From Dehalococcoidia bacterium (GTDB lineage: Bacteria; Chloroflexota; Dehalococcoidia; UBA2979): DNA of 64,000 nucleotides. The notes beneath the pieces are model-generated. The model was not told the origin of the DNA. It worked only from the letters and a program-made list of their open reading frames with translations, and made no database searches. Location of the stretch: contig JALOAL010000003.1 in assembly GCA_023228825.1 (NCBI GenBank), forward strand, positions 123,956-187,955, given 5' to 3'. The translations under genes were made by a program, and so were the position numbers. Below, in pieces: positions 27,701-37,193 of the stretch (position 1 is the first letter of the stretch; every line of letters starts with the position of its first letter).

Positions 27701-28633
27701 GTGTCTATCCCGCCCCCGTACCTGGAAGAGGTCAGCCCCGGCATCTTCGTCTACGTGCAGCCGGACGGCTCGTGGTTCCTGAACAACGCCGGGTTCCTGG
27801 TGGGATCAGAGTCGGTGGTGGCGGTGGACACGGTGGGCACGGAGAAGCGGGCGCACGCCTTCCGCGAGGCGCTCGAACGGACCACCCCGCACCCGGTACA
27901 GGCGCTAATCAACACCCACGCGCACGGTGACCACACGCATGGCAACTTCGCCTTCTGGCCCCAGACCGCGGTCATCGGCCACGAGCGGGCACGGCGGGAG
28001 ATCCTCCATTCAAACGCGCCGGAGGGCGTCTCGGAGCGCTTTCCCACCGCGGACTTCGGGCAGTTCCGGCACGTGCCGCCCATGGTGACCTTCACCGACC
28101 GCATGTCCGTGCACGTGGACACGCTGGAGGTGCAACTGACACACCTGGGCCCGGCCCACACCACGAACGACGTGGTCGCCTGGATTCCGGAGCGCCGCGT
28201 GCTGTTCGCCGGCGACCTGGCCTTCAACGGTGGCACGCCGTTCGCCATGGCCGGCTCCGTGCTGGGCTGGCTGGACATCCTCCCCGCCCTCCGCGCGTTC
28301 GAGGCGGACGTGGTGGTGCCGGGCCACGGCCCGGTGTGCGGCATGGAGGTGTTCGACACGGTGGAGACGTACCTGCGCTGGGTGGCTGACCTCGCGCGTG
28401 GCGGGCACGCGGACGGGGTGCCGCCGCTGGAAGTGGCGCAGTCCGTGGACCTGGGGCAGTTTGCCGACCTGACCGACCCGGAGCGCCTGGTGGGCAACCT
28501 CCATCGTGCGTACGCAGACCTGGAGGCGGACATGGGGGGGGCGCCTCGGGGCGGCGCACTGGCCGATCCAGTCGGGGCGTTCGACGACATGATCGTGCTG
28601 AACGGCGGCAAACCGCTGAACTCTCACGCCTGA
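27701..28633 (+). CDS. MBL-fold metallo-hydrolase
   Basis: NTHAHGDHTHGN (HxHxDH) plus downstream His/Asp ligands (HLGPAHTTNDV, VPGHG). GTG 27701 is preceded by GAGGAGG. Confidence 0.8.
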   Translation: MSIPPPYLEEVSPGIFVYVQPDGSWFLNNAGFLVGSESVVAVDTVGTEKRAHAFREALERTTPHPVQALINTHAHGDHTHGNFAFWPQTAVIGHERARREILHSNAPEGVSERFPTADFGQFRHVPPMVTFTDRMSVHVDTLEVQLTHLGPAHTTNDVVAWIPERRVLFAGDLAFNGGTPFAMAGSVLGWLDILPALRAFEADVVVPGHGPVCGMEVFDTVETYLRWVADLARGGHADGVPPLEVAQSVDLGQFADLTDPERLVGNLHRAYADLEADMGGAPRGGALADPVGAFDDMIVLNGGKPLNSHA

Positions 28634-28648
28634 CCAGCGGACCGCCTG

Positions 28649-28975
28649 GTGGCCGCGCGGGCGGCGTCCTCGCGCCCCTACACTGGTTACATGTACGGCT
28701 ACCAACCACCTCAGGAAGATCCCCAGGGCTCGTGGCGCGAGGTCTTCGCGATCACGCGCGTGGCCTTCGAGGTGCTCGCCAAGCCCCTCGCCCTGCTCAT
28801 GGGGACGATCGGCCTGTTCATCATGTTCCTGTGGGCGGCGTTCACGAACCCGGTCCTCATCCTGATCCCGGGCAGCCTCGCGGCGCTGGGCATCTGGTAC
28901 CTGGTGCGACAGGACCGCAAGGCCCACCGCGCGCTGGAGGACGAAATCCTCGGCGAGGGCCGGCGCAACGTCTGA
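28649..28975 (+). CDS. Small hypothetical membrane protein (2 predicted TM)
   Basis: Hydrophobic segments LALLMGTIGLFIMFLWAAF and VLILIPGSLAALGIWYLV. The start is uncertain (GTG 28649 or ATG 28691). I recognise no family. Confidence 0.5.
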   Translation: MAARAASSRPYTGYMYGYQPPQEDPQGSWREVFAITRVAFEVLAKPLALLMGTIGLFIMFLWAAFTNPVLILIPGSLAALGIWYLVRQDRKAHRALEDEILGEGRRNV

Positions 28976-29012
28976 GGTGCCCCGGCACGCCTTCCCTCGT
29001 ACGCTGCTCTTG

Positions 29013-29720
29013 ATGACTGCTCCCGCTTCCCCCGGCTCCACCACCGACCTTCCCTCCCGGCTCGCCGCCGTCCGAGGGCGTATTCGTGCGGCGTGCGAGC
29101 GCGCGGGGCGCGACCCGACGGAGGTGACGCTCGTCGGCGTGTCCAAGACGCATCCGCCGGCGGTGGCGCGGGCCGCCGTGGCGGCCGGCCTCGCTGACCT
29201 GGGCGAGAACCGAGCGCAGGAACTGGCGCCGAAGGCGGAGGCGCTGACGGCCGAAGGCGTGCAGCCACGCTGGCATTTCATCGGCCACCTGCAGCGCAAC
29301 AAGGTGCGGGACGTCCTGCCGCACATCGCCGCCCTGCACTCGGTGGCCTCCGAGCGCCTGGTGGACGAGGTAGAGCGGCGCTTCGAACGACGCGATGCCC
29401 CGGGCCCGCTGCCGTGCTACATCGAGGTGAACGTGGCCGGGGAGACCTCCAAGGAGGGCATCCCGCCGTCCGAGGTAGAGGTGCTTCTGCGTCGCGCTTC
29501 GGCGTCCACGGCGCTGCGGGTGGAGGGGCTGATGACCGTGGCGCCTCGGGTCTCCCGGCCGGAGGAGGTGCGGCCGGTCTTCCGAGCGCTACGCGAACTG
29601 GCGGCTGCGCACGGGCTGGCGGGCCTGTCGATGGGCATGACCGACGACTTCGAGGTCGCCATCGAGGAGGGTGCGACGGTCGTGCGCGTGGGCCGCGCGA
29701 TCTTCGGCGAGCGGCAATAG
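29013..29720 (+). CDS. yggS: YggS-family pyridoxal-phosphate homeostasis protein
   Basis: LVGVSKTHP (PLP Lys), [57 protein letters not shown]. Confidence 0.85.
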   Translation: MTAPASPGSTTDLPSRLAAVRGRIRAACERAGRDPTEVTLVGVSKTHPPAVARAAVAAGLADLGENRAQELAPKAEALTAEGVQPRWHFIGHLQRNKVRDVLPHIAALHSVASERLVDEVERRFERRDAPGPLPCYIEVNVAGETSKEGIPPSEVEVLLRRASASTALRVEGLMTVAPRVSRPEEVRPVFRALRELAAAHGLAGLSMGMTDDFEVAIEEGATVVRVGRAIFGERQ

Positions 29721-29735
29721 TGCGGCGGCGGCGCG

Positions 29736-29783
29736 CCCCTGATCGTCCCCCTGTCCGCGCCCCTGGTCGTCCCCCTGATCGCG
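29736..29783. repeat. Four tandem 12-nt units CCCCTG(A/T/G)(T/C)CG(T/C)(C/G) in the yggS-proC spacer
   Basis: cccctgatcgtc cccctgtccgcg cccctggtcgtc cccctgatcgcg read directly. This is equivalent to two 24-nt copies. Confidence 0.8.
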
Positions 29784-29887
29784 GAGAAGCCCGGTTACCG
29801 GGTAGTCTGACCTCTTGCGGACGAGCATTCTCTCGGCCGCAGCGGATCACGTGGAGACGAAGCGGCGAGGACGCCGGAGGGGTCACG

Positions 29888-30691
29888 ATGCGCATCGGCA
29901 TCATTGGCGGCGGCTTCATGGGCGAGGCGTTCTTGCGCGGCCTGGTGCGCGCGGAGGTCGCTACCCCCAACGACATTGCGGTCTCGGAAGTGGTCGCCTC
30001 GCGCCGGGCGCAGTTGAGCGAGCATGGCGTGCGCGTCACGGACGACGCCGAGAGCGCCTGCATTGGCGCCAGCGCGATCATCCTGGCCCTGAAGCCGGAT
30101 CATTTGATCGGCGTCACGGAGGGTCTGTCAGGCAAGTTCGCCAAGGACGCCGTGCTCATCTCCATTGCCGCTGGCGTGCGCCTGGAGGATGTGCGGCGCG
30201 CCTCCGGACACCGAGCGGTGGCACGCATCATGCCCAGCCTGCCGGCCGCCATCAGCGCCGGCGGAGCCGTGGTCTATCCCGCGCCTGACCTGACCGGCGA
30301 CCAGCGCACCCGCGTGTTGCAGATCGCCAACGCCGTCGCCAGCGGCGTGGTGGAGGTGCACTCGGACGACGAGATCGACCTCGCCACGGCGGTGCACGGC
30401 TCCGGCCCCGGCTACGTCTACCTGCTGATCGAGTCGATGATCGATGCGGCCGTGCGGCAGGGGATGAAACGGCCGGACGCCACCACGCTGGTGCTTGCTA
30501 CCGTGCAGGGCGCTGCGGAGTACGCGATCGAGACCGGGCAGCACCCGGCGGCGCTCCGCAACGCGGTCACGTCGCCCGGTGGGACCACCGCCGCGGGACT
30601 GGCCGAACTGGAGGCCGCTGGCTTCCGTACGGCGGTGGACTCGGCGATTGATGCCGCTTACGAGCGGGCGCGGGACCTGGGGGAATCGTGA
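29888..30691 (+). CDS. proC: Pyrroline-5-carboxylate reductase
   Basis: MRIGIIGGGFMGEAF, ILALKPD, GSGPGYVYLLIESM, VTSPGGTTAAGL. Confidence 0.9.
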   Translation: MRIGIIGGGFMGEAFLRGLVRAEVATPNDIAVSEVVASRRAQLSEHGVRVTDDAESACIGASAIILALKPDHLIGVTEGLSGKFAKDAVLISIAAGVRLEDVRRASGHRAVARIMPSLPAAISAGGAVVYPAPDLTGDQRTRVLQIANAVASGVVEVHSDDEIDLATAVHGSGPGYVYLLIESMIDAAVRQGMKRPDATTLVLATVQGAAEYAIETGQHPAALRNAVTSPGGTTAAGLAELEAAGFRTAVDSAIDAAYERARDLGES

Positions 30692-30945
30692 CCGAAGTCA
30701 TCCACGCGGTAGGGCTCGTCGTGCAGTTCCTGGCGTTCGCCATCTTCGCTCGCGCGATCCTCTCGTGGTTCCCCATCGACCGTAACGGGCCGATCTTTCA
30801 GTTCCTGAACGCCATCACGGAGCCCGTGCTGGACCCCTTGCGTCGAGTGATCCCGCCGATCGGCATGATCGACATCACGCCCATGGTCGCCATGCTCCTG
30901 CTCTTCTTCATCGCCGGCATCCTCACCTCCTACCAGCCGGCGTAA
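30688..30945 (+). CDS. yggT: YggT-family membrane protein
   Basis: 85 aa. ARAILSWFP....P....L...TEP.L.P.RR.IPP.G.IDI.P matches the YggT pattern. Confidence 0.8.
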   Translation: MTEVIHAVGLVVQFLAFAIFARAILSWFPIDRNGPIFQFLNAITEPVLDPLRRVIPPIGMIDITPMVAMLLLFFIAGILTSYQPA

Positions 30946-30999
30946 GGCCCGCCGGGGCGCACGCGCTCACGAGGGCCTGCCGCGGCCGCCACGGGCTGG

Positions 31000-31290
31000 C
31001 TACCCGGCATCGAGGCCCAGCCGCGACCGCGCGGTGGCCTGGTCCAGGCCGTCGACCTGCACCACCTTTATGCGGGAGGTCTCCCCGGAGACGATGGTGA
31101 CCGCGCCCTTCGCCACGCGCAGGCGCTTCGCGATCAGTCGCACCAGCGCCTCGTTCGCCGCACCGTCCACCGGCGGCGCGGTCACGCGCACCTGTAGCGC
31201 CCCCTCCCGCTCGCCCACGATCGCCTCGCGCGAGGCTCGAGGTGAGAGGCGGACGGCGATGCGTGCGAAGGTCTCGGCCATGGCGCCCAT
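31000..31290 (-). CDS. yggU: YggU/DUF167-family protein
   Basis: 96 aa. RL.PRAS...I.G..EGAL.VRVTAPPVDG.AN.AL..L.A..L.V.K..V.IVSGE.SR.K matches the family pattern. Confidence 0.75.
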   Translation of the reverse strand: MGAMAETFARIAVRLSPRASREAIVGEREGALQVRVTAPPVDGAANEALVRLIAKRLRVAKGAVTIVSGETSRIKVVQVDGLDQATARSRLGLDAG

Positions 31291-31390
31291 CGTGCCCTGC
31301 CATCGCTCGCCGGTCGAGTGAGAGGATTGCCCTCGGTCAGTGGGGCGCCGGCGGGCCGCGTAGAATGTCAGACACCAGTGCCACCGGCGG

Positions 31391-31418
31391 TTGACACCAG
31401 AACAGCCGTTCTATAGTG
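31391..31418 (+). promoter_or_regulatory. recA promoter (TTGACA ... TATAGT) with an embedded LexA/Cheo box AGAACAGCCGTTCT
   Basis: TTGACA 31391-31396, GAAC-N4-GTTC palindrome 31399-31412, TATAGT 31412-31417. The spacer is only 15 nt, so the -10 assignment is tentative. It lies ~70 nt upstream of the recA ATG. Confidence 0.6.
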
Positions 31419-31484
31419 TTCCGAACGTTGGGCGGGGGCCCTGCACTTTGCAACGCAAAGAAGGATCGAGAGAGGCGCACAGCC

Positions 31485-32582
31485 ATGGCTAAGACCGATG
31501 CCGCCGACGACAAGAAGAAGCAGCAGCGCGGCGAACTGCTGACCAAGGCGCTGGAACAGATCGTCAAGGAGCACGGCAAGGGCGCCATCATGCGCCTCGG
31601 TGACTCGGAGGCGGCCATGAACGTCTCCAGCATCCCCACCGGCTCCCTCTCGCTGGATATTGCCCTGGGCATTGGCGGCGTCCCGCGCGGACGTATCACG
31701 GAGATCTACGGGCCGGAGTCCGCCGGTAAGTCCACGCTGGCGCAACACATCATCGCGGAAGCCCAGCGCGCCGGCGGCACGGCCGCCTACATCGACGTCG
31801 AGCACGCGATGGACCCGGAGTACGCGGCCCGCTGCGGCATCAACGTGGAGGAACTCCTGGTCTCCCAGCCGGACACGGGCGAGCAGGCCATGGAGATCTG
31901 CGAGGCCTTGATCCGCTCGGGCGCCCTCGACCTGGTGGTGGTGGACTCCGTGGCGGCGCTGGTGCCGCGCGCGGAACTGGATGGCGACATGGGGGACTCG
32001 CTGCCTGGCCTACAGGCGCGCCTGATGTCCCAGGCGATGCGCAAACTCACCTCCGCCGTCTCGCGCACCAACACGTCGCTGGTCTTCATCAACCAGTTGC
32101 GCGAGAAGATCGGCGTCGTCTTCGGCAACCCGGAGACCACCCCGGGCGGCCGCGCGCTGAAGTTCTACTCCTCCGTCCGCATCGACATCCGCCGCATCGA
32201 GTCGCTCAAGGAAGGCCAGACCTTCATCGGCAACCGCGTGCGCTGCAAGGTGGTCAAGAACAAGGTCGCCCCGCCCTTCCGGCAGGCCGAGTTCGACATC
32301 ATGTTCACGAACGACCTGCACGGCATCAACCACTGGGGCGACGTGATCGACCTGGCGAGCGAGCACGATATCGTCAAGAAGGCTGGCGCCTTCTACTCCT
32401 ACGGTGACGTGCGCCTGGGCCAGGGCCGCATGGCGGCCGTCTCCTTCCTGAAGCAGAACATCGCCATGGGCGAGGAGATCGAGCAGCGGGTGCGCCTGGC
32501 CGCCGGCGTCAAGAACACACCCCCGCTGGCCGAGCCCGTCCCCGCCCCCGAGGAGGACGCAGCCCTCTCGATCGACGCGTAG
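31485..32582 (+). CDS. recA: Recombinase RecA
   Basis: [18 protein letters not shown] (Walker A), VVVDSVAAL, plus L1/L2 loop regions. ATG 31485 gives the canonical MAK... N-terminus. Confidence 0.95.
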   Translation: MAKTDAADDKKKQQRGELLTKALEQIVKEHGKGAIMRLGDSEAAMNVSSIPTGSLSLDIALGIGGVPRGRITEIYGPESAGKSTLAQHIIAEAQRAGGTAAYIDVEHAMDPEYAARCGINVEELLVSQPDTGEQAMEICEALIRSGALDLVVVDSVAALVPRAELDGDMGDSLPGLQARLMSQAMRKLTSAVSRTNTSLVFINQLREKIGVVFGNPETTPGGRALKFYSSVRIDIRRIESLKEGQTFIGNRVRCKVVKNKVAPPFRQAEFDIMFTNDLHGINHWGDVIDLASEHDIVKKAGAFYSYGDVRLGQGRMAAVSFLKQNIAMGEEIEQRVRLAAGVKNTPPLAEPVPAPEEDAALSIDA

Positions 32583-32621
32583 CGCGCCGACCGAGGCGTA
32601 CCGAGGGATCCAGGCCGCCTG

Positions 32622-33302
32622 ATGAGCCCGGTCATTACTGAGGTCCAGGTGAAACGACGCGGGGTCGCCGCCGTCTCCATAGACGGCGGCGACGAGCCCG
32701 TGCTGCTGCCGCTGGACACCGTGATCCTCCACCACCTCCGGGAGGGCAACCACCTCTCCCCGGAGGAGTGGCGCACCGCCACCGACGAGGGGCGGCGCCT
32801 CCTCGCGGTCCGCAAGGCGCTGGACCTGGTCGCCCGCCGCCACCGCACCGAACGCGAACTGACGAGGGCCCTCGCGCGGCTGTTCGAGGCGGACTTCGTC
32901 TCTCACGCCGTGGAGCGCATGCGCACGCTGGGATACCTGGACGACGCAGTCTGGGCGAAGACTTATGTCGAGTCGCCTCGGGCAGCGGACCGCGGCCGGG
33001 CCATGCTCAAGCACGAACTCGGCCAGCGCGGCATCGCGGACCCCATCGTGGTGGCCGCGGTCGCCTCGCACGATGACGCCGCCGCCGCCGTGGAGGCCGC
33101 CCGCAAGCGCGCCCGCGCCCTCCGCCGCGTGGAGGAACCGAAGCGCTCCCGCCGCCTGTACGACTTCCTTCGCCGCCGTGGCTTCGCGGACGGCATCGCA
33201 CGGGACGCCACTGCGGGCGCCCTGCGCGACCTCGATGCCGCGCTCCACGCGGACTCCGATGCCGACCGCCACGTTGACGGCGATATCCCCGGCCACGGAT
33301 AA
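32622..33302 (+). CDS. recX: RecA regulator RecX
   Basis: It lies immediately downstream of recA and has a repeated three-helix pattern (TERELTRAL..., LGYLDDAVWAKTYV, ...LRRRGFADGI). Confidence 0.8.
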   Translation: MSPVITEVQVKRRGVAAVSIDGGDEPVLLPLDTVILHHLREGNHLSPEEWRTATDEGRRLLAVRKALDLVARRHRTERELTRALARLFEADFVSHAVERMRTLGYLDDAVWAKTYVESPRAADRGRAMLKHELGQRGIADPIVVAAVASHDDAAAAVEAARKRARALRRVEEPKRSRRLYDFLRRRGFADGIARDATAGALRDLDAALHADSDADRHVDGDIPGHG

Positions 33303-33530
33303 GCGAGGATTTGCCGGTTGTGCGCGCGAATTTCCGCGCAACGGGGTAGCACTGCGGTACGCTGATCAGGCAAGATAATCTGTCAAGTCGGACGACCTTC
33401 GACGTGATACGATTTTGCAAGTGACCGGTCTCCGGTCACCCCAAACGAACACGCCCCGGCCCTGACGCGACTCGGGACACTGCTTGTCCGAGGCGCGCGG
33501 CTGGGATCCTGGAATCGGAGTACCCACGCG

Positions 33531-35060
33531 ATGGAAGCGTTGATCTTGGTTGTGGGCATCGTGATCGCGTTCGCCCTCGGCGCTGCGATCGCTTATCTCA
33601 TCGCCCGCTCTGGCGCGAACAGCGTCACCCGCCAGGCGCGGGAGGAAGCCCGCCTGGTGATGGAAGAGGCGGAAAATCGCGCCCGCAAGGTGGAACTGGA
33701 CGCAGACCAGAAACTCCTGCGCCGGCGCGAAGAACTCGAAGGCGAGATCAAGGATCGCCGCACCGAACTCTCTCGCGCCGAGCGCCGCCTGGAGCAGCGC
33801 GAAGAGTCGCAGGACCGGCGCGGCGACAACCTGGAGAAGTCGGAGCAGGCCCTCCGCGACCGCCAGGTGAGTATCGAACGCACGGAGGAGGAGGTCTCCG
33901 CCCTGCGTGACGAGGCGCGCCTGGAACTGGAGCGCATCGCCGCCCTCACGGCGGAGGAGGCGCGCCAGGAGTTGATGGACCGCCTGGACGACGAACTGCG
34001 GGACGAGGGCGCCCGCCGCGTGCGCGCTCTTGAGGCCTCTGTCCGGGCCGAGGCGGATGTACGTTCGCGCAAGATCCTGGCCACCGTCATGCAGCGCATC
34101 ACCTCCGAGGTGACGGCCGAGACCACCGTGACCGTGGTGCCCATCCCCTCCGACGAACTGAAGGGCCGCATCATCGGCCGCGAGGGCCGCAACATCCGCG
34201 CGTTCGAGGCGGCCACCGGCTGTGACCTCATCATCGACGACACGCCGGAGGTGGTGACTGTCTCCGGCTTCGACCCGGTTCGCCGTGAGATCGCCCGCGC
34301 CGCCCTGGCCCGCCTCATCCAGGACGGGCGCATCCAGCCCACCCGCATCGAGGAGGCCGTGGACAAGGCCCGCACCGAGATCGACAAGATGATCCAGCAG
34401 GCCGGTGAGCAGGCGCTGATCGACGCCGAGGTGACCAACCTGCACCCGGAGATCGTCAAGACGCTGGGCAAGTTGCGCTACCGCTACTCCTACGGCCAGA
34501 ACCAGTTGCGCCACTGCATTGAGACCTCGTGGCTGGCGGCGGCGCTGGCGCACGAGATCGGCGCCAACGTGGAGATCGCCCGCCTCGGCGGCCTCCTGCA
34601 CGACCTGGGCAAGGCCGTGGACCGCGAGATGGAGGGCACCCACGCCCGCCTGGGCGCGGACATCGCCCGCCGCTTCGGCGTGCCTCGGGAGGTCGTCCAC
34701 TGCATTGAGGCCCACCACGAGGAGGTCACGCCGGAGACGGTGGAGGCCCTCGTCGTGATCTGCGCGGACGCCATGTCCGGGTCGCGCCCGGGCGCCCGCC
34801 GCGAGTCGGCGGAGGAGTACATCAAGCGCCTCGAAGCGCTGGAGGCCATCGCCAACTCGTTCGAGGGTGTGGACCAGTCCTTCGCCGTGCAGGCGGGCCG
34901 CGAGGTGCGCATCATCGTGAAGCCGGACCGCATCGACGACCTGGGCGCCACGCGCCTGGCCCGCGACGTCTCCCGCAAGATCGAGGAGACCATGCAGTAC
35001 CCCGGCGAGATCAAGGTCACCGTGGTGCGAGAGATGCGCGCCTCGGCGGTGGCGCACTAG
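33531..35060 (+). CDS. rny: Ribonuclease Y
   Basis: N-terminal TM, a long Glu/Arg coiled coil, a KH domain (LKGRIIGREGRNIRAFE) and an HD domain (GGLLHDLGKA). Confidence 0.92.
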   Translation: MEALILVVGIVIAFALGAAIAYLIARSGANSVTRQAREEARLVMEEAENRARKVELDADQKLLRRREELEGEIKDRRTELSRAERRLEQREESQDRRGDNLEKSEQALRDRQVSIERTEEEVSALRDEARLELERIAALTAEEARQELMDRLDDELRDEGARRVRALEASVRAEADVRSRKILATVMQRITSEVTAETTVTVVPIPSDELKGRIIGREGRNIRAFEAATGCDLIIDDTPEVVTVSGFDPVRREIARAALARLIQDGRIQPTRIEEAVDKARTEIDKMIQQAGEQALIDAEVTNLHPEIVKTLGKLRYRYSYGQNQLRHCIETSWLAAALAHEIGANVEIARLGGLLHDLGKAVDREMEGTHARLGADIARRFGVPREVVHCIEAHHEEVTPETVEALVVICADAMSGSRPGARRESAEEYIKRLEALEAIANSFEGVDQSFAVQAGREVRIIVKPDRIDDLGATRLARDVSRKIEETMQYPGEIKVTVVREMRASAVAH

Positions 35061-35079
35061 CAGCCGGCAGCGGTTCGAG

Positions 35080-35121
35080 GCGTCCACGAGGATGCGTCCA
35101 CGAGGATGCGTCCACGAGGAT
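35080..35121. repeat. Three perfect tandem copies of a 14-nt unit GCGTCCACGAGGAT
   Basis: Copies at 35080-35093, 35094-35107 and 35108-35121, read directly. They sit between the rny stop and the PHP gene start. Confidence 0.95.
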
Positions 35122-35149
35122 GCCATCGGAGGCCACTGGGAGGCGCGGC

Positions 35150-36064
35150 GTGACGGCAGGACGGCGGAGCACCGCGGACTTCCACACGCACTCGGACCGC
35201 TCAGACGGGACGTACGCGCCTGCGAACCTCGTGCGCCTCGCCCACCGCAACGGCGTACGCACGCTCGCCATCAGCGACCACGACACCTTCGGGAGCCTGG
35301 CGGAGGCGCGCGAGGCGGCGTCCCGCCTCCCCGGCATGCGCATCGTCCCCGCCGTAGAGATCGGCTGCGACGCCCAGGGTGACGAGGAGATCCACGTGCT
35401 GGGCCTGTTCGTCGACCCCACGTACCAGCCGCTGGTGGACGAACTCGAGCGGATGCGGGCGGCCCGGATTGGCCGGGCGCAGGAGATCGTGCGGCGCTTG
35501 GAGGCCCTCGGAACTGCCGTCTCGTGGCAGCGGGTCCTGGAGTACGCCGGGGGCGACGAGGGGTCGGTCGGCCGTCCGCACATCGCCCGCGCCCTGGTGG
35601 GCACCGGGGTCGTGGAGAGCGTGCAGGAGGCGTTCGACACTCTCCTGGCGGATGGCGGCCCGGCGTTCGTGGAGCGCGAGAAGATCGACCCCGCGCTGGC
35701 GCTGCGCCTCATCCACAACGCCGGCGGACTGGCCGTCTACGCCCACCCCGCCGGCCGCGACCCGGAGAGGCCCGTGGCGCCCGAGGTGTACACCGCCATC
35801 ACCGACGAACTCATGGCCGCCGGCCTTGACGGCATCGAGGTCTACTACCGCGCCTACGACAGGGCGCAGGTGGAGACCCTCCGCGCCTTCGCCGAAGAGG
35901 GTGGCCTGCTCCCCACCGGCGGTTCGGACTTCCACGGCCTGAGCCGGGACCACGAGACCGAGCCCGGCTGCTTCCACATGCCGCCGGAGGCCGTGCAACG
36001 CGCCCTGGACACGGCCGCTGCGCGCGGCTGCCTGGTCCCGGCCGCGACGCCGGTGGCGAACTGA
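35150..36064 (+). CDS. PHP-domain phosphoesterase (TrpH/YciV-like)
   Basis: DFHTHSDRSDG, LAISDHDT, VYAHP, GGSDFHG. I prefer GTG 35150 (SD GGGAGG 6 nt upstream). The track ATG 35120 lies inside the third 14-nt repeat. Confidence 0.8.
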   Translation: MTAGRRSTADFHTHSDRSDGTYAPANLVRLAHRNGVRTLAISDHDTFGSLAEAREAASRLPGMRIVPAVEIGCDAQGDEEIHVLGLFVDPTYQPLVDELERMRAARIGRAQEIVRRLEALGTAVSWQRVLEYAGGDEGSVGRPHIARALVGTGVVESVQEAFDTLLADGGPAFVEREKIDPALALRLIHNAGGLAVYAHPAGRDPERPVAPEVYTAITDELMAAGLDGIEVYYRAYDRAQVETLRAFAEEGGLLPTGGSDFHGLSRDHETEPGCFHMPPEAVQRALDTAAARGCLVPAATPVAN

Positions 36065-36074
36065 GCCGCCCCCG

Positions 36075-36608
36075 ATGACCGCGCTCCGCACGGACGAACA
36101 CGGCGACCCGATCTACTCCTGCGCGCGCCACCCTGAGGTGGAGACCGCGCTCCAGTGCGGCCGCTGCGACACCCCCATCTGCCCTCGATGCATGGTGCAC
36201 ACGCCGGGCGGCATCCGCTGCCCGGACTGCGCGCGCCTGCGCCGGCCGCCCATGTACGAACTGGCGCCGCTGGACTATGCGAAGGCCTTCGGCGTGGCGC
36301 TGGTGCTGGCGCCGGCCCTCGGCTTCGTCGGCGCGCTGCTCATCCCGGGACGCGGGTTCGGCGGGTTCTTCCTCATCCTCGCGCTGTTCGTGGGCTCAGG
36401 CGCCGGCACCCTCGTCGCCGAGGCCCTGCGACGCGCGACGAGCGGCAAGCGCGGGCCCGTGATGCAGGCCGCCGCCGCCGCCACGCTGGTGGGCGCACTC
36501 CTGGTGCGCGCGGTGCTGGGTGACGCGCTGGATGCGATCTTCTCGGACGTCGCCGGGCTGCTGATCGTGGCCGTCGGCATCTTCGCCGCGTGGGGCCGCC
36601 TACGCTGA
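36075..36608 (+). CDS. B-box/zinc-ribbon-like Cys-rich N-terminal domain fused to a 4-TM membrane domain, function unknown
   Basis: CARHPEVETALQCGRCDTPICPRCMVHTPGGIRCPDC followed by hydrophobic helices. Confidence 0.6.
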   Translation: MTALRTDEHGDPIYSCARHPEVETALQCGRCDTPICPRCMVHTPGGIRCPDCARLRRPPMYELAPLDYAKAFGVALVLAPALGFVGALLIPGRGFGGFFLILALFVGSGAGTLVAEALRRATSGKRGPVMQAAAAATLVGALLVRAVLGDALDAIFSDVAGLLIVAVGIFAAWGRLR

Positions 36609-36649
36609 CGCGGCGCCGAGGTGCCGAGGTGCCGAGGCGACTGAGGGGA

Positions 36650-36943
36650 CTAGGAGAAGCGTTCCACGACGACCAGGACCGCAAGCATGCCAAAGCAGAC
36701 CGCGGACACTGTCAGCACACGCCGGATCTCGACGAGCATCTCGGAGGACTCGCGGGCCATCACACGGTCTGACCGCACCTGGGTCGGCATGGCCACCTCA
36801 CGGCGCGTGGCGCGCAACGGAGCGCCGTCCGCGACCGGCGCCACTCCTTCGCCGCGCCCGTCGCCCAGCGGCGCCGGCGAGACCGCCCGAGGCGCCACGT
36901 TGCGAGGCGTACGCCGGCTGCGTCGTCGTCGTTCGCGGCCCAT
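36650..36943 (-). CDS. Possible small basic tail-anchored protein (97 aa)
   Basis: ATG 36943 is preceded by GAGGGGG. There is an Arg-rich N-terminus (MGRERRRRSRR) and a C-terminal TM (VLTVSAVCFGMLAVLVVV). Third positions are G/C-rich by eye. I recognise no family and it could be a GC artefact. Confidence 0.35.
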   Translation of the reverse strand: MGRERRRRSRRTPRNVAPRAVSPAPLGDGRGEGVAPVADGAPLRATRREVAMPTQVRSDRVMARESSEMLVEIRRVLTVSAVCFGMLAVLVVVERFS

Positions 36944-37115
36944 GGAACCCCCTCGGCGTTCGCGCCTGCATCGCTGCCCTCGCAGCATCAGCCCGCGTCG
37001 AGTGTATGCCCCCCGATCCCTGCGCGACAGGCCGCCCCCGGCCGTCAGGATGCCCTCGAAGCCGTGCCGGTCGCGTTGACCGAACAGCCCCGCGCAGGCT
37101 ACGTTGTCTACCCAC

Positions 37116-37192
37116 GGCCCCGTGGTGTAGCGGCCTAACACGCCACCCTGTCACGGTGGAGATCGTCGGTTCGAATCCGATCGGGGTCGCCA
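37116..37192 (+). tRNA. tRNA-Asp (anticodon GTC), CCA encoded
   Basis: Hand-folded cloverleaf. Acceptor GGCCCCG/CGGGGTC, D-arm GTAGCGGCCTAAC, anticodon stem CCACC/GGTGG with loop CTGTCAC, T-arm GTCGG TTCGAATC CGATC, then G-CCA. Confidence 0.95.
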
Positions 37193-37193
37193 G

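Noticed and set aside
33303-33530. Possible small RNA or terminator in the recX-rny spacer (hairpins GTGACCGG tct CCGGTCAC at 33421-33439 and GCGCG..CGCGC near 33330).
   Set aside because: These are short isolated hairpins without a U-tract and without any recognisable RNA family signature. The region most likely holds the recX terminator and the rny 5' UTR, and there is not enough evidence to call a feature.
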